Below are positions 38,150 to 51,858 of a stretch of DNA of 64,000 nucleotides, piece by piece. Location of the stretch: the NCBI GenBank assembly GCA_051530055.1, contig CM121343.1:776389-840388 (forward strand), written 5' to 3'. Each line of letters begins with the position of its first letter. Positions within the stretch are counted from its first letter, which is position 1. The notes under the pieces are model-generated. The model was not told the origin of the DNA, made no database searches, and saw only the letters and a program-made list of their open reading frames with translations. The stretch is from Neoechinorhynchus agilis. Taxonomy: Eukaryota; Animalia; Acanthocephala. A program made the translations under genes and the position numbers.

Positions 38150-40910
38150 TTCTTGATTCTATTTTTGAAGACTGGCTAGCAGGTAACTTTTTATTAAGTA
38201 TCTCTATTTGGGGCCTTTTTTCACGACCGATAATTTTGCGCCTTGGGCAGACATCCCACCGATATGGTTCAGGGAAGTGCATAAAATCACTTATTACCCT
38301 GAACAACACGGCTATGAGTGTTGTGCGCATTTATCCGAATCCTCAGATACCTCCCGGGGAGGCGGGATTCATCAGAGAGTTTCCTCTTCCCTTTAGCGGG
38401 GTATTGCGTCCCCTTTGTGCGTTATCGGTCTTAATGGATTTTGAACCTTTTTTGATCCTTAGACAGGGATTCGGGACTCAAGTTCACTAGACCAGCTCGG
38501 CACAAATACGGAATGTACAACAAAATCAGCCAGTTTTTAATTTTGGGACAATTATTTAATTATTTTATCTCTAAACCTGGTTACCTCCAAGACCGTACGG
38601 TTGTAAGTTTGTACGTCCCTCCGGATTCTCAGATATCTCCGAGGAGGCGGGACTCATCAGTGAGTTTCCACCCTTCAGCGAGGTATTTCGCCCCCCCCCT
38701 TGGGTTGTGCATCATTGGCGGTAACGGATTCGGACCAGTTGATCCTAACTGGGATCTGTAGCATTAGTCCACTTGACAACCTCGACACAAATACGGAATG
38801 TGCAAACTCAGCCAGTTTTTGATTTGTTAATTCAAGGCCATTGAATTTTTCTATTTTTGAAGACTAGCCAGCCGGTAACTTTTTATTAAGTATCTATGCG
38901 CGACATCTGAGAATCCGGAGGAATCATAGCCGTGTGCTTCGGGGTATTAAATGATTTTAAGCGCTTCCTTGAACCAGATCGGTGGGATGTGTGCCCAAGG
39001 AACAAAATTATCGGCCTAGAAAAAGGCCTCACTTCAACACGTAATAAAAAGTAACAATCTAACCAGGTTTAGAGATAAAATAATTAAATAATTGTCCCAA
39101 AACTAAAAACTGGCTGATTTTGTTGTACATTCCGTATTTGTGCCGAGCTGGTCTAGTGAACTTGAGCCCCGAATCCCTGTCTAAGGATCAAAAAAAGGTT
39201 CAAAATCCATTAAGACCGATAACGCACAAAGGGGACGCAATACCCCGCTAAAGGGAAGAGGAAACTCTCTGATGAATCCCGCCTCCCCGGGAGGTATCTG
39301 AGGATTCGGATAAATGCGTACAAAACTCATAGCCGTGTGCTTCGGGGTATTAAATGATTTTATGCGCTTCCTTGAACCAGATCGGTGGGATGTGTGCCCA
39401 AGGAACAAAATTATCGGCCTAGAAAAAGGCCTCACTTCAACACGTAATAAAAAGCAACAATCTAACCAGGTTTAGAGAGAAAATAATTCAACAATTGTTC
39501 CAAAATTAAAAACTGGCTGATTTTGTTGTACATTCCGTATTTGTGCCGAGTTGGAGCCCCGAATCCCTGTTTCAGGGTTAAAAATCCATTAAGACCGATA
39601 ACGCACAAAGGGGACGCAATACCCCGCCGAAGGGAAGAGGAAACTCTCTTATGAGTCCCGGAATCCGGATTAATGCGTACAAAACTCATAGCCGTGTGCT
39701 TCGGGGTATTAAGTGATTTTATGCGCTTCCTTGAACCATGTCGGTGGGATGTGTGCCCAAGGAACAAAATTATCATCCTAGAAAAAGGCCTCACTTTAAC
39801 ACGTAATAAAAAGTAACCAGGTTTAGAGAGAAAATAATTCAACAATTGTTCCAAAATTAGAAACTGGCTGATTTTGTTGTACATTCCGTATTTGTGCCGA
39901 GATGGTCTAGTGAACTTGAGCCCCGAATCCCTGTCTAAGGGTAAAAAATGTTCCAAATCCATTCAGGCCACTAACGCACAAAGGGGACGCAATACCCCGC
40001 CGAAGGGAAGAGGAAACTCTCTGATGAGTCCCGGAATCCGGATTAATGCGTACAAAACTCATAGCCGTGTGCTTCGGGGTATTAAGTGATTTTATGCGCT
40101 TCCCTGAACCATGTCGGTGGGATGTGTGCCCAAGGAACAAAATTATCAGCCTCGAAAAAGGCCTCACTTTAACACGTAATAAAAAGTAACCAGGTTTAGA
40201 GAGAAAATAATTCAACAATTGTTCCAAAATTAGAAACTGGCTGATTTTGTTGTACATTCCGTATTTGTGCCGAGATGGTCTAGTGAACTTGAGCCCCGAA
40301 TCCCTGTCTAAGGGTAAAAAATGTTCCAAATCCATTCAGGCCAATAACGCACAAAGGGGACGCAATACCCCGCCGAAGGGAAGAGGAAACTCTCTTATGA
40401 GTCCCGGAATCCGGATTAATGCGTACAAAACTCATAGCCGTGTGCTTCGGGGTATTAAGTGATTTTATGCGCTTCCCTGAACCATGTCGGTGGGATGTCT
40501 GCCCAAGGAACAAAATTATCATCCTAGAAAAAGGCCTCACTTTAACACGTAATAAAAAGTAACCAGGTTTAGAGAGAAAATAATTCAACAATTGTTCCAA
40601 AATTAGAAACTGGCTGATTTTGTTGTACATTCCGTATTTGTGCCGAGATGGTCTAGTGAACTTGAGCCCCGAATCCCTGTCTAAGGGTAAAAAATGTTCC
40701 AAATCCATTCAGGCCACTAACGCACAAAGGGGACGCAATACCCCGCCGAAGGGAAGAGGAAACTCTCTGATGAGTCCCGGAATCCGGATTAATGCGTACA
40801 AAACTCATAGCCGTGTGCTTCGGGGTATTAAGTGATTTTATGCGCTTCCTTGAACCATGTCGGTGGGATGTGTGCCCAAGGAACAAAATTATCAGCCTTG
40901 AAAAAGGCCG
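38150..40910. repeat. 373 bp tandem array: ~2 diverged units in one orientation and ~5.5 units in the opposite orientation, inversion junction near 38895
   Basis: Period 373 (39907, 40280, 40653). 38208-38580 is the reverse complement of units at 39060-39440. Confidence 0.93.
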
Positions 40911-41236
40911 TACATAGATATTCTTGATTCATTTCACAACCACGGAAGAACTATAGAGACTGAATTAAACAAAGTGATTGGGGTCAATGAACTCAATGAA
41001 TTCGACGGAACGGTCTCGATTGAACTGTGTCTATGATAGGATTGAGGATAATGTGTACAAGTTAAAGTTTAATGGTTTCGTGGCTATGCCAACTTATAGT
41101 TATTTTTTATCTCCCAGTAGTGTTGTCCGATAATTATGGCCAAAAGGACTCGTCGCAGGACTATACTGAAAAGTTCAATCTGACGTTTGTATTAGCCTTA
41201 ATTTGATCTCATGATCTCGCTTGAAGAAGGGACCTC

Positions 41237-41617
41237 GTGTTGGAAACCGGTATTTTGATCACAAATCGACTTTTACCAGCCGATTCGGAACTAGGGATGA
41301 GAATGGCTCTTGTTTTGATTGAAGTTCTTAATGCCTTAAGTGACCAAGCTACGGTATGTGTCATTTCGTTCAGGTCACGATTCTCACGAATTTTAAAGCA
41401 AACTCCAATCGATCAAGACCAGCAAATGCTGAAAGTGAGAAATTTTCTTCATTTTGTTTTCAACACATCATGTATATTTTAGATTTTGGATAAGGTTCGA
41501 GCTGATATTTTTGCTGCTTTGTATACTATAAGACAAGACGAATCAATGAGTACTCCTGGATTTTGTTCAATGTATGACGAAGACTTATTGGTAACAAGTA
41601 ATGTGACGGTGAGCTAA
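41237..41617 (+). CDS. Hypothetical spliced gene fragment
   Basis: ORF 41237 continues in frame over a 49 nt GT-AG intron (gtgagaaa...tttttag) to ILDKVRADIFAALY...VTVS*. No family recognised; start unknown. Confidence 0.35.
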
Positions 41618-42118
41618 AAATACAAAAAAAATAACAATCACATTTCCTGATACGCTGCAGGAACAATCAAGAGCGCAGAATTCTCGACCAGCCAATCAGG
41701 TGATAGCGCGAAGACAGCGAATCATCATTTATGTTGGCGTCGCGATAGCAGCACTAATTGCAATTAGTATATTTCTTTTGGGAACATGTAGAAAGCTGTT
41801 GTAACTATGCAATTAGCAATCATTGATTAAAAAAATAATTTCAATTTATTAGTAGGGCGTTTTATGGAAGCTGGTCAATTCGTTCGGCTCAGTAAAGAAT
41901 GCGCATTTAATTGTATTCTAAGCCAAGAAATGGATAAAGATTTTAATTATTGAACAACAACAAAGAAAATTACAACAATGAACTGATTGGCCGCACTTCT
42001 GTGAGTATTTACTCTTTTGGAAACACGTTTATTCCCAGCAAAACGTTCCTACTAAGCTGGAAGCTTTACTGCATCCTGTATTGGATGGAAACCACGCGGT
42101 TTGCTCGTAAGCTTGAAC

Positions 42119-42718
42119 TATTTCATCTCCTTAATGAGAAAATATTGGCTCTCCAAAATGCAGCGACTTATCGATTAATGCTGCGATGTTTGCTTATTTC
42201 ATCTCCTTAATGAGAAAATATTGATTGGCCAATGCAGCGATTTTTGAATTGCTGCTGCGATGTTTGCTTATTTCATCTCCTTAATGAGGAAATATTGATT
42301 GGCCAATGCAGCGATTTTTGAATTGCTGCTGCGATGTTTGCTTATTTCATCTCCTTAATGAGGAAATATTGATTGGCCAATGCAGCGATTATTGAATTGC
42401 TGCTGCGATGTTTGCTTATTTCATCTCCTTAATGAGGAAATATTGATTGGCCAATGCAGCGATTTTTGAATTGCTGCTGCGATGTTTGCTTATTTCATCT
42501 CCTTAATGAGAAAATATTGATTGGCCAATGCTGCGATTTTTGAATTGCTGCTGCGATGTTTGCTTATTTCGTCTCCGTAATGAAAAAATATTGATTGGCC
42601 AATGCAGCGATTTTTGAATTGCTGCTGCGATGTTTGCTTATTTCGTCTCCGTAATGAAAAAATATTGATTGGCCAATGCAGCGATTTTTGAATTGCTGCT
42701 GCGATGTTTGCTTATTTC
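42119..42718. repeat. 74 bp tandem array, ~8 copies, with internal dyads (attggccaat; gcagcgat..attgctgc)
   Basis: Period 74 (42241, 42315). Confidence 0.95.
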
Positions 42719-43949
42719 ACGCTGCATGGGCAAGAATTTTGATTGATAAAATCTAAAAGTTAATTTGATTAAAGTTTCATGTGGATAGCCATGCCATCGT
42801 ATGAGTATTTAGTGTACTCTGCAAACTATGAGGTTTTAATACTTACCACAATTAGCGCAAATCGTCTGCTATTCCTGAAATCTGTACTCTCGGCCAATTT
42901 GTGACGGTGAGAGATCTGAAAAACCCAAAAGTGTAATGGGCATGGGAATTAAAACCGTTTGAATTGATGTCTACATTTTGTTGCAAGTTCTGTGCTCAAG
43001 AAGAAGCAGTCTAAATATAATAGTCATTCCAATCGCACAAATGAATAACAACTCGCATTTCTCTAAAGCAGCAGTGCCCATACTACGGCCCTCGGTTAAC
43101 ATCCGGCCCGGGGAGCTTCCTCATATTGCCGCTCTGATGTCGTTCAATAAAACGATAAATTATGGTTATAAATGGAGTAATGGCGACCATAATTTGAGAC
43201 GAGGTTTCCTCCTTAAATATCTCCCGGCCGGGGGAACATGATCCTCCATCATCCCGAAGGATTTTCTCATTATGGTTATAATATTAAAATAATTTTTAAA
43301 GGGAAACAATTTTGAACAATTCTTCCCCAATGTTCCCCTCAAAATATTTTCAGGAGTTCGGACACAAATTTTATAATCCCCTTCTTAACTCTAGCTCTAA
43401 TGGACCTCGTCTTTGACTAAGCACCTCTGATGCAAATGCCTTTAGTCTAGGACTTCACATTAATAAAGCATCAAATTTTGAGTTTCTTTGCTTTCCTTTG
43501 CTGTAGAAGGACGAATTTCATTTCTAAACATTTGCCATATAATTTTGTATTGTTTTTTGCCCCGCGTGATTTTTCTAAACGTCGAGAGCGGTTCCCGCAT
43601 AAGAAAAAGGTTGGGCATAGCCGTTTTAAACAATAAAATTCCGGATGGAATCCTTTCTATCCATTTGCGGAAGTTTTTTAAGCGCTGTAAAAGTGTTACT
43701 ATGAATATGATTATTGAGAACCTTTAACTGTGTGTGTGTGATTGGTGTTGAATCATCATAAACCCCATTAGCATGCCCAACCACCAACAAATGGAGAGTT
43801 TAGCGAGTTCTATTCGTGATCAGTGTTCAAAAACATCCTTGAGAAAACATCATTTTTACATGTATATGGGCAGTAAAATGACAGTGTGATGAGGCTTTGT
43901 TAGCGCATGTTGCCGGTGGAGAAAGTCTTAGTTATCCACGAGAAACACT

Positions 43950-46900
43950 TCAGCTGTCTATCATCAACGGTCTAGCTGTAGATGTTACCCTGCTTAGCAA
44001 AGAATCCACGTCGTTGACCGTTGTCGCCAAATCCGTGGTTTCTAATCTCTTGTCGGTAGCCTCACTCTGCCCAGAATTGTCCGGCACACTTGTAACTGAA
44101 TGTTTGTTGTCAGTTGAAGAACTATTCGAGCAATCACCTGCTGCGAATGTTGTCTTATTTTTGGTCAATGATATTCTTGATGGTTGCTTTTCCAATCGAC
44201 TTTTTGGTCCCGATCTATTGCTATCCTCACTTACTTTTGTTGACCGTGAAACAGGTTTGGGAATGTTGGATGGTCCTTTTAACTTTCGCTCACTTTCTGT
44301 GAGTTTGTTACCACGATTCTCTACCGGGCACGTTGCCGATTCGGCTGTAGGAACTCGACTTTTGGATCTACGGTGGTACCTAATTCGTGTGAATATATTT
44401 GACGCCTTATTCGCTCGATTTAATGATTGATTTTGCTGATCAGATTCATGCTGATCGGTTCCTTGCCTAAGTTTGGTTGTAGTAGGATAAGCCTGGACCT
44501 TCACGTCGCATCCAGTAGCGGAAATCGACCGATTAAACGTTCTGGTTACACGTTCGCCTTGTGAGCTGTTTGTCTTAGTGGTTGATGAAATTGAAGCTAA
44601 TGGTACGCTTTGGCTCATTGAAGTTTCTGGAGATGACACGGGTGATATACGATTTCCATTATAGAAACTACGAGATATTGATTTGGCCGTCGTGCCTATT
44701 TTTGTTGGTAGAGGGATCGATGTTCGCTGCTGACTTAATGTGATCTAAAAGGAGGCGTCCCAGAATGTCCTGTTTAAAATGGACACACTTACATCTTGGC
44801 ATTTTTCTCCCCTCAGTGCCACCGAGGTTTTCGGTCCATTTGCACATAGTGCAACCGCGGTCACTTCATTGTCGCTAGTGGTAATGGTGGTGGTGGTGGT
44901 GGTGCTCTTAGTATTAAATTGTGATTCATGCTGAACACCAATTGTGCTATATGTTTGATTGGCTGCATCTTTTTGCGCCTGAATCTAAATGGTTATTATT
45001 CTAAAGATATTTTTTTAATCGTGTTGATAAGACACATGAGACGGGGATCTATAACTCTATTTCTCCTACTTTGAAATCACTTTCAACGAAGCACGATATA
45101 CCTTTTTACTTTCGTGAAGCTTATCGAAACTAGATTCTAATTTCTCCTTGTCTTCGTTCAATTGAGCAATTTGTTTTGTCAATTCTGAGACCTCATAGTT
45201 AAGTCTCTGACCAAGACTATGGTAACTATCTTCCAATTCTTTGAGTTCCCTTAGCTGCTCTGCGTGCCGCTTTTCAACATCAACTTTATCCTTGTAGCAA
45301 TTTTGGAGTTCTTCGTTCAAACTTCTTACTTGCTCAATCAAGCAGTTTTGCTCAGCATTAAACTGCAACTGCATTTTAGAACTCTCTTCTCTGATTTTCG
45401 CGATGAATGAATCTTTAGAAATGATCAGTTCTCCTGCTTCTTGTAGAGATGTTTCCAGATCCTGCTTCAGCTTTAAATAATCATTAAAACATCGTCTCAT
45501 GTTTTCTATTTCCTCGGCTTGTTGACGAATTTGAGCCCGTAGCTTCGTAATTTCAACTACACGGTCTGGACCACTTTGAGATGACGGCAAATCCAAGCTC
45601 CGTTTTTCCTCTACCACCCCAGATCCTTGATTCAATTCGTTTTTCATTAATCCTCCCACTATCCGATTTTCTTTTCGTTCATGGGGAGTTGCATTTGGAT
45701 CTTCACTTCTACCTCCCTCGGAAACATCGACCGGTAAATTACATTGAACAAATGCGTCAGTAAGGCCATGCGATGGCATTAGAGTTGTCGATTGTTCGTG
45801 AGCCAAAGTCTAAAGTTAATGATGGCATTATAATCGTCACTTTATAATGTTCACTTACCGATGTGGTGGCGGACCGCCAAAGCAATAGACGTGAGTTCCG
45901 ATTTACTTGTCGGGATGCCGATGGAACACTGGCGATTGTAGGTTGATTGTCAGCAGTGTGAACTTCTTGTACGGATATGTTAAGATCGGGTGTGGATTGT
46001 GAACAAGCGAGATTTAATTTCGTCGATTTTCCGTCTGTTTTGATAAACTCATCATTGATACCTTCAACTTTATTCTCATGATCAACGGAGGCAAGTTGTT
46101 TTTCCGTAAGGGCCCTAATAATGCCATCTTTCTCTTCTATAGCTTCTCGCAAACGACATACATATCCATGCATGAGTGTTAATTTTTGATCAACTTCGTA
46201 CCGACTCGCTCCTTGTTTTGTCTGCAATACTTTTATTTCCTGCGATTGTTTGCTGAAAACATATTCGAAAATATATGGAGGCTAACAAACACAATAACTT
46301 CAATCTTACCTGAGCTTTTCATTAAGTGCGTATTCTCTATATAGTGAGTCGTATAAATCGAAGAATAACTTATTTTCGTTGCAATCAGAATATACATTTT
46401 GATTCTAGTAAAGTCATTCCAGTAAGAAGACTACTAAACAATATTTAGTTTACTTACTAAGTTGCCAATGTGTTCCTTTAATTCTTCATATCGATCTTTT
46501 AAATTTTGATTCAATTGTTCACATGTATTTCTAAGCTCCTCTGATTCCTCCAATTCTTTATGAAGCCGGACTGATACCTCCTTGGCTATAACTAGCTCGT
46601 CTTCAAGTTCTTCCAATTTATACAGTTGCTCCTGTGCCAATGAGAGACATTCTGCGATTTCAAGTTATAATAAGGGAAAAGCCACATGAGAAAATACCTT
46701 CCAAACGTGCCTTTTCTTCAACCAATTCATCGTTTCGCTTTTCGACGCGCATCAACCGATATTGCAGAACTCTACATTTCTTATTAGCCATTTCAAGCTC
46801 CAGTTGCATACGCTGAAATTCCTCAGCATCTTTAGTTCGAAAGGAGTCTTGGATCTCATCAAGTTCCTATGGCGAAAACAACGATAAATTCCGTTTTCGC

Positions 46901-47492
46901 GTTTGCTTACCTTTTTCAATTCAGCGAGTTCTAATCGGAGGCTATTGTTTTCGTGCTTTAGTAACGATTTAACTTCGTCATCGCTGATTGGATGATCAAA
47001 AGGAGCAGTTAAAGACGAATTAGGTATGCAGGAATTAGAAGACGTTGATTCGTGCATTTTTGATTGATGTTCGATGGATCTGTTATTTATGAAATCCACA
47101 ATTGAGACAATGTGTGTTCATCTAGTGATAATGATTTGAAGATTGTATTTTAATAGTGTGGTTGTCTTCAAAAACTGCAAATCATCTACAATGAAATAGT
47201 TGCCCTGGTGGCCTATTGGAATCAGAAACAACAACAACAACCTGATATGCAAACAGAGAAATGATGCGACTGGTAAGGAAACGGCAACGAGAACATCGTC
47301 CCAAATGAACAATGGAGATGCGTTTTGAGTGGTGCCAAGGTGCATAAGTGAGTACTTATAAAAGAAGAAGGTGATTGACGGCTCTGAAGGAGCTCTCGAG
47401 GAAATCTGCGACTCATACAGTGAGCAGGTACTGAAGGATCTCACAAGGCCACGGTTACGATAGTCACCGTTTCCCGTCTTTATATCATCCAA
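43950..47492 (-). CDS. SOGA/MTCL1-family coiled-coil protein, multi-exon; both ends approximate
   Basis: ELDEIQDSFRTKDAEEFQRMQLELEMANKKCRVLQYRL and LEDELVIAKEVSVRLHKELEE match SOGA-family motifs; 44 nt intron gtaagc...catag near 46870-46910; long coiled-coil and Ser/Thr-rich exons downstream. Confidence 0.8.
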
Positions 47493-47797
47493 ATCTATTG
47501 GCGTTTAAGCACATGGGAATCCATAGCATAAATTGGTTGCAGAAACACCATATTCATAAAACTGTGGCATGGTTTGTCTCCTCCTCCTCCTGCTATCGTC
47601 TACTGGCAGTAGAGGTACAAAAGACTGCCACACGTATGTGCGCACGGGCTTATATGGCAGCAGCAGAAATATTGCTGCTTTGTGGCAGGAAAATCGAGTA
47701 AAACGTACACAATACGCGGCGAATGCACACAGCCGCGGACCTTTGAAAGTTATGAACGGGTTCAATGATTTGACCGATTACCTTTCATTTAAAAACC

Positions 47798-49944
47798 TCA
47801 AAGTATTCTTGGTCAGGAATTAGTGATGTGGCAAATAATCAGCGATTTTAAGACTCGGTCGAATAAAGAGCACTTGGACAAGGGAAATATTCCGGCTAAG
47901 AAATGAAAATGGTGGAGGATTCAAAGTATTCTTGGTCAAGAATTAGTGATGTGGCAAATAATCAGCGATTTTAAGACTCGGTCGAATAAAGAGCACTTGG
48001 AGAAGGGAAATATTCCGACGAGAAGATAAAAATGGTGGAGGAAAAAAGCTTCAAAGTATTCTTGGTCAAGAATTAGTGATGTGGCAAATAATCAGCGATT
48101 TTAAGACTCGGTCGAATAAAGAGCACTTGGAGAAGGGAAATATTCCGACTAAGAAATGAAAATGGTGGAGGATTCAAGTATTCTGGTCAAAATTAGTGAT
48201 GTGGCAAATAATCAGCGATTTTAAGACTCGGTGAATAAAGAGCACTTGGAGAAGGGAAATATTCCGACTAGAAATGAAAATGGTGGAGGAAAAAAGCTTC
48301 AAAGTATTCTTGGTCAAGAATTAGTGATGTGGCAAATAATCAGCGATTTTAAGACTCGGTCGAATAAAGAGCACTTGGAGAAGGGAAATATTCCGACTAA
48401 GAAATGAAAATGGTGGAGGAAAAAGCTTCAAAGTATTCTTGGTCAAGAATTAGTGATGTGCAAATAATCAGCGATTTTAAGACTCGGTCGAATAAAGAGC
48501 ACTTGGAGAAGGGAAATATTCCGACTAAGAAATGAAAATGGTGGAGGAAAAAAGCTTCAAAGTATTCTTGGTCAAGAATTAGTGATGTGGCAAATAATCA
48601 GCGATTTTAAGACTCGGTCGAATAAAGAGCACTTGGAGAAGGGAAATATTCCGACTAAGAAATGAAAATGGTGGAGGATTCAAAGTATTCTTGGTCAAGA
48701 ATTAGTGATGTGGCAAATAATCAGCGATTTTAAGACTCGGTCGAATAAAGAGCACTTGGAGAAGGGAAATATTCCGACTAAGAAATGAAAATGGTGGAGG
48801 AAAAAAGCTTCAAAGTATTCTTGGTCAAGAATTAGTGATGTGGCAAATAATCAGCGATTTTAAGACTCGGTCGAATAAAGAGCACTTGGAGAAGGGAAAT
48901 ATTCCGACTAAGAAATGAAAATGGTGGAGGAAAAAGGCTTCAAAGTATTCTTGGTCAAGAATTAGTGATGTGGCAAATAATCAGCGATTTTAAGACTCGG
49001 TCGAATAAAGAGCACTTGGAGAAGGGAAATATTCCGACTAAGAAATGAAAATGGTGGAGGAAAAAAGCTTCAAAGTATTCTTGGTCAAGAATTAGTGATA
49101 AAAGTTGGCAAATAATCAGCGATTTTAAGACTCGGTCGAATAAAGAGCACTTGGAGAAGGGAAATATTCCGACTAAGAAATGAAAATGGTGGAGGAAAAA
49201 GGCTTCAAAGTATTCTTGGTCAAGAATTAGTGATGTGGCAAATAATCAGCGATTTTAAGACTCGGTCGAATAAAGAGCACTTGGAGAAGGGAAATATTCC
49301 GACTAAGAAATGAAAATGGTGGAGGAAAAAAGCTTCAAAGTATTCTTGGTCAAGAATTAGTGATGTGGCAAATAATCAGCGATTTTAAGACTCGGTCGAA
49401 TAAAGAGCACTTGGAGAAGGGAAATATTCCGGCTAAGAAATGAAAATGGTGGAGGATTCAAAGTATTCTTGGTCAAGAATTAGTGATGTGGCAAATAATC
49501 AGCAATTATAAGACTCGGTCGAATAAAGAGCACTTGGAGGAGGGAAATATTCCGACTAAGAAATGAAAATGGTGGAGGATTCAAAGTATTCTTGGTCAAG
49601 AATTAGTGATGTGGCAAATAATCAGCGATTTTAAGACTCGGTCGAATAAAGAGCACTTGGAGAAGGGAAATATTCCGACTAAGAAATGAAAATGGTGGAG
49701 GATTCAAAGTATTCTTGGTCAAGAATTAGTGATGTGGCAAATAATCAGCGATTTTAAGACTCGGTCGAATAAAGAGCACTTGGAGAAGGGAAATATTCCG
49801 GCTAAGAAATGAAAATGGTGGAGGATTCAAAGTATTCTTGGTCAAGAATTAGTGATGTGGCAAATAATCAGCAATTATAAGACTCGGTCGAATAAATAAC
49901 ACTTGGAGAAGGGTAATATTCCGGCTAAGAGATGAAAATGGTGG
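47798..49944. repeat. Tandem array of interspersed 130 and 123 bp variants, ~17 copies
   Basis: Units differ by ggaggaaaaaagcttc vs ggaggattc; near-palindrome attcttggtcaagaat in each unit. Confidence 0.97.
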
Positions 49945-51651
49945 TTGTGGCGACGACGAGAGCGAAAATATTGTATAAGAATTGATGATAAGGTATCATC
50001 AACGCAATGTTAGAAAGCGAAACAGCTGTCAGGGAAATAAATATAGGAAAATAAGAAATTTCAGGTGTCTCTTGTCAATTGGAGTTTTGGAGGGTAAAGT
50101 GTTGGAAGCATTGGACGTGTTAAAGGATATATAATTTAATTTCACCTTCTGAAGACGGATAAAAGGAGTGTGCGGTGCTTTCTAATTCCGATTGAGCGAG
50201 TTAACCAATGGAGAGTTCAACAAGGCGATTTCTCTCTCAAGTTCAACAATAGCGCTTACCGGCTCAGGATTCATTGTGATGGCGAATTGATGATGTTTGC
50301 TGGCAATGTCAGAACCTATTTATGTCTTTAGTATGTTAGGGATGGAAATACGGTATATTCTGTGGCCTGGAGGACGCGAACATTGGTCTGTCTAGCACCT
50401 GTTTGTAATTATTGATCTACTTTGTTTCTAGTATTTGATCACGGTTTCTCTTTCGACGGTCCGATAGTCTGACAACTCAGATTTCCTTAACTTTATCCAT
50501 GATTTGCAGATGTATTCGTGTATAGATTTTGAATCCTTTCTCACTCTCACGTTTTCAATAGATCAACTGGTCAACCTTTGGAACTACAAGGACCATCCTT
50601 AATTCTTTGAAAAGGAATGCCATCGTTCCTTTGTATCGCAATACGATCTGATGGCGAATGGTAGGAGAGACATTGCCTATTATCATGCGATATGACTTGG
50701 AGCCGATGAACATTATCAGCACAAACTAAGCTGCATACCAACAACGAGGGAAACATTCGTTAGCACGTCTACGCTTTTCTGTCATTCAGTCCAGCTTCTT
50801 TGCGGAATCGGCTATAGATAATGAAGGGAGAATCAAACTACGCTAATACTCCAGATCTCCGCTTGGAAAAACGTCTACATTTGTTAATAAATTGCAATGC
50901 CATCGCATAGGTTAGCGTCCAACGCGGACTGTACAATTCAGAAACCAAACTCGATTAGGATCCCATTTCCATTCGATTTGCATTTAAACAACGTGGCGGC
51001 AGCTAATTTAAAATGGATTTATCTCGAAATGAACACTTTGGACAACATAAAACGACCTGTATTGAATCAAATGCGTTAAAAGATTCTCAGCTATAATTAT
51101 CGTAACTTGTGATTTTTTCATATATCAAATCAATGTTCTACAATGCCCTCGCATAATCCCTTTCATAACTTTACCGTAAAAAAGCCACAAAATGCAATTT
51201 TCGTTCTAATCCATATAACAACGTGAATGTATTAAACATTTGTGCGCATCCAACCCTCATGAAGTGGCTACAAAATACATTTGAAAAAAAAACATTAAAA
51301 TCTTGATTCCTGGCATGTAATTTGCACTGATTTCAATGTTGTGACAAAATTCTTGCATACGCCATTTATATTCTCTTGCAAATATTTTAATTGGTATTAA
51401 ACGCTTTCATGGAATCTCAGTATTGTGCGCTAACAGACGTGATTACAATCAAAGGACGCGTCTCCGTCGTTTCCCCTTGGATAATTCTACGGTTTTCTAT
51501 TACATTCTGAACTCGGAGAATGGCAAACTAGTTTATATATGCAAAAATTCTTGAAAATCTTCCACGAACGCGTTACTTTACCGGTTAAGAGCGTAGTTAT
51601 GACTTTCTAAAATACTAAGCATCTTGAAATCGTTGCAGGATAACTTATATC

Positions 51652-51858
51652 TTGGTTGTTTTGGTAAAACTACAATTGATTATTTATTAAATTCAATATT
51701 TCAATCCCCTATCCTGGATCTTCTTCAGAATTGTTTTCGGAGGAAAATTCGAGGAAGCTTAATTTTCCTCCGAAAACAATTCTGAAGAAGATCCAGGATA
51801 GGGGATCGAAATATTGAATTTAATAAATAATCAATTGTAGTTTTACCAAAACAACCAA
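51652..51858. ncRNA. 98 bp-arm near-perfect palindrome carrying a head-to-head hammerhead pair
   Basis: Plus 51782-51815: CUGAAGA-A-GAUCC(aggauagg)GGAUC-GAAA-UAUU. Minus copy at 51728-51695 differs by one base (G-U in stem II). Loop 51750-51760. Confidence 0.8.

Noticed and set aside
39181-40886. 84-166 aa ORFs in the 373 bp array
   Set aside because: The unit length is not a multiple of 3, the frame shifts every unit, and no protein motif was recognised.
50000-50900. Possible decayed LINE RT fragments on the minus strand
   Set aside because: Only vague resemblance; no diagnostic motif.
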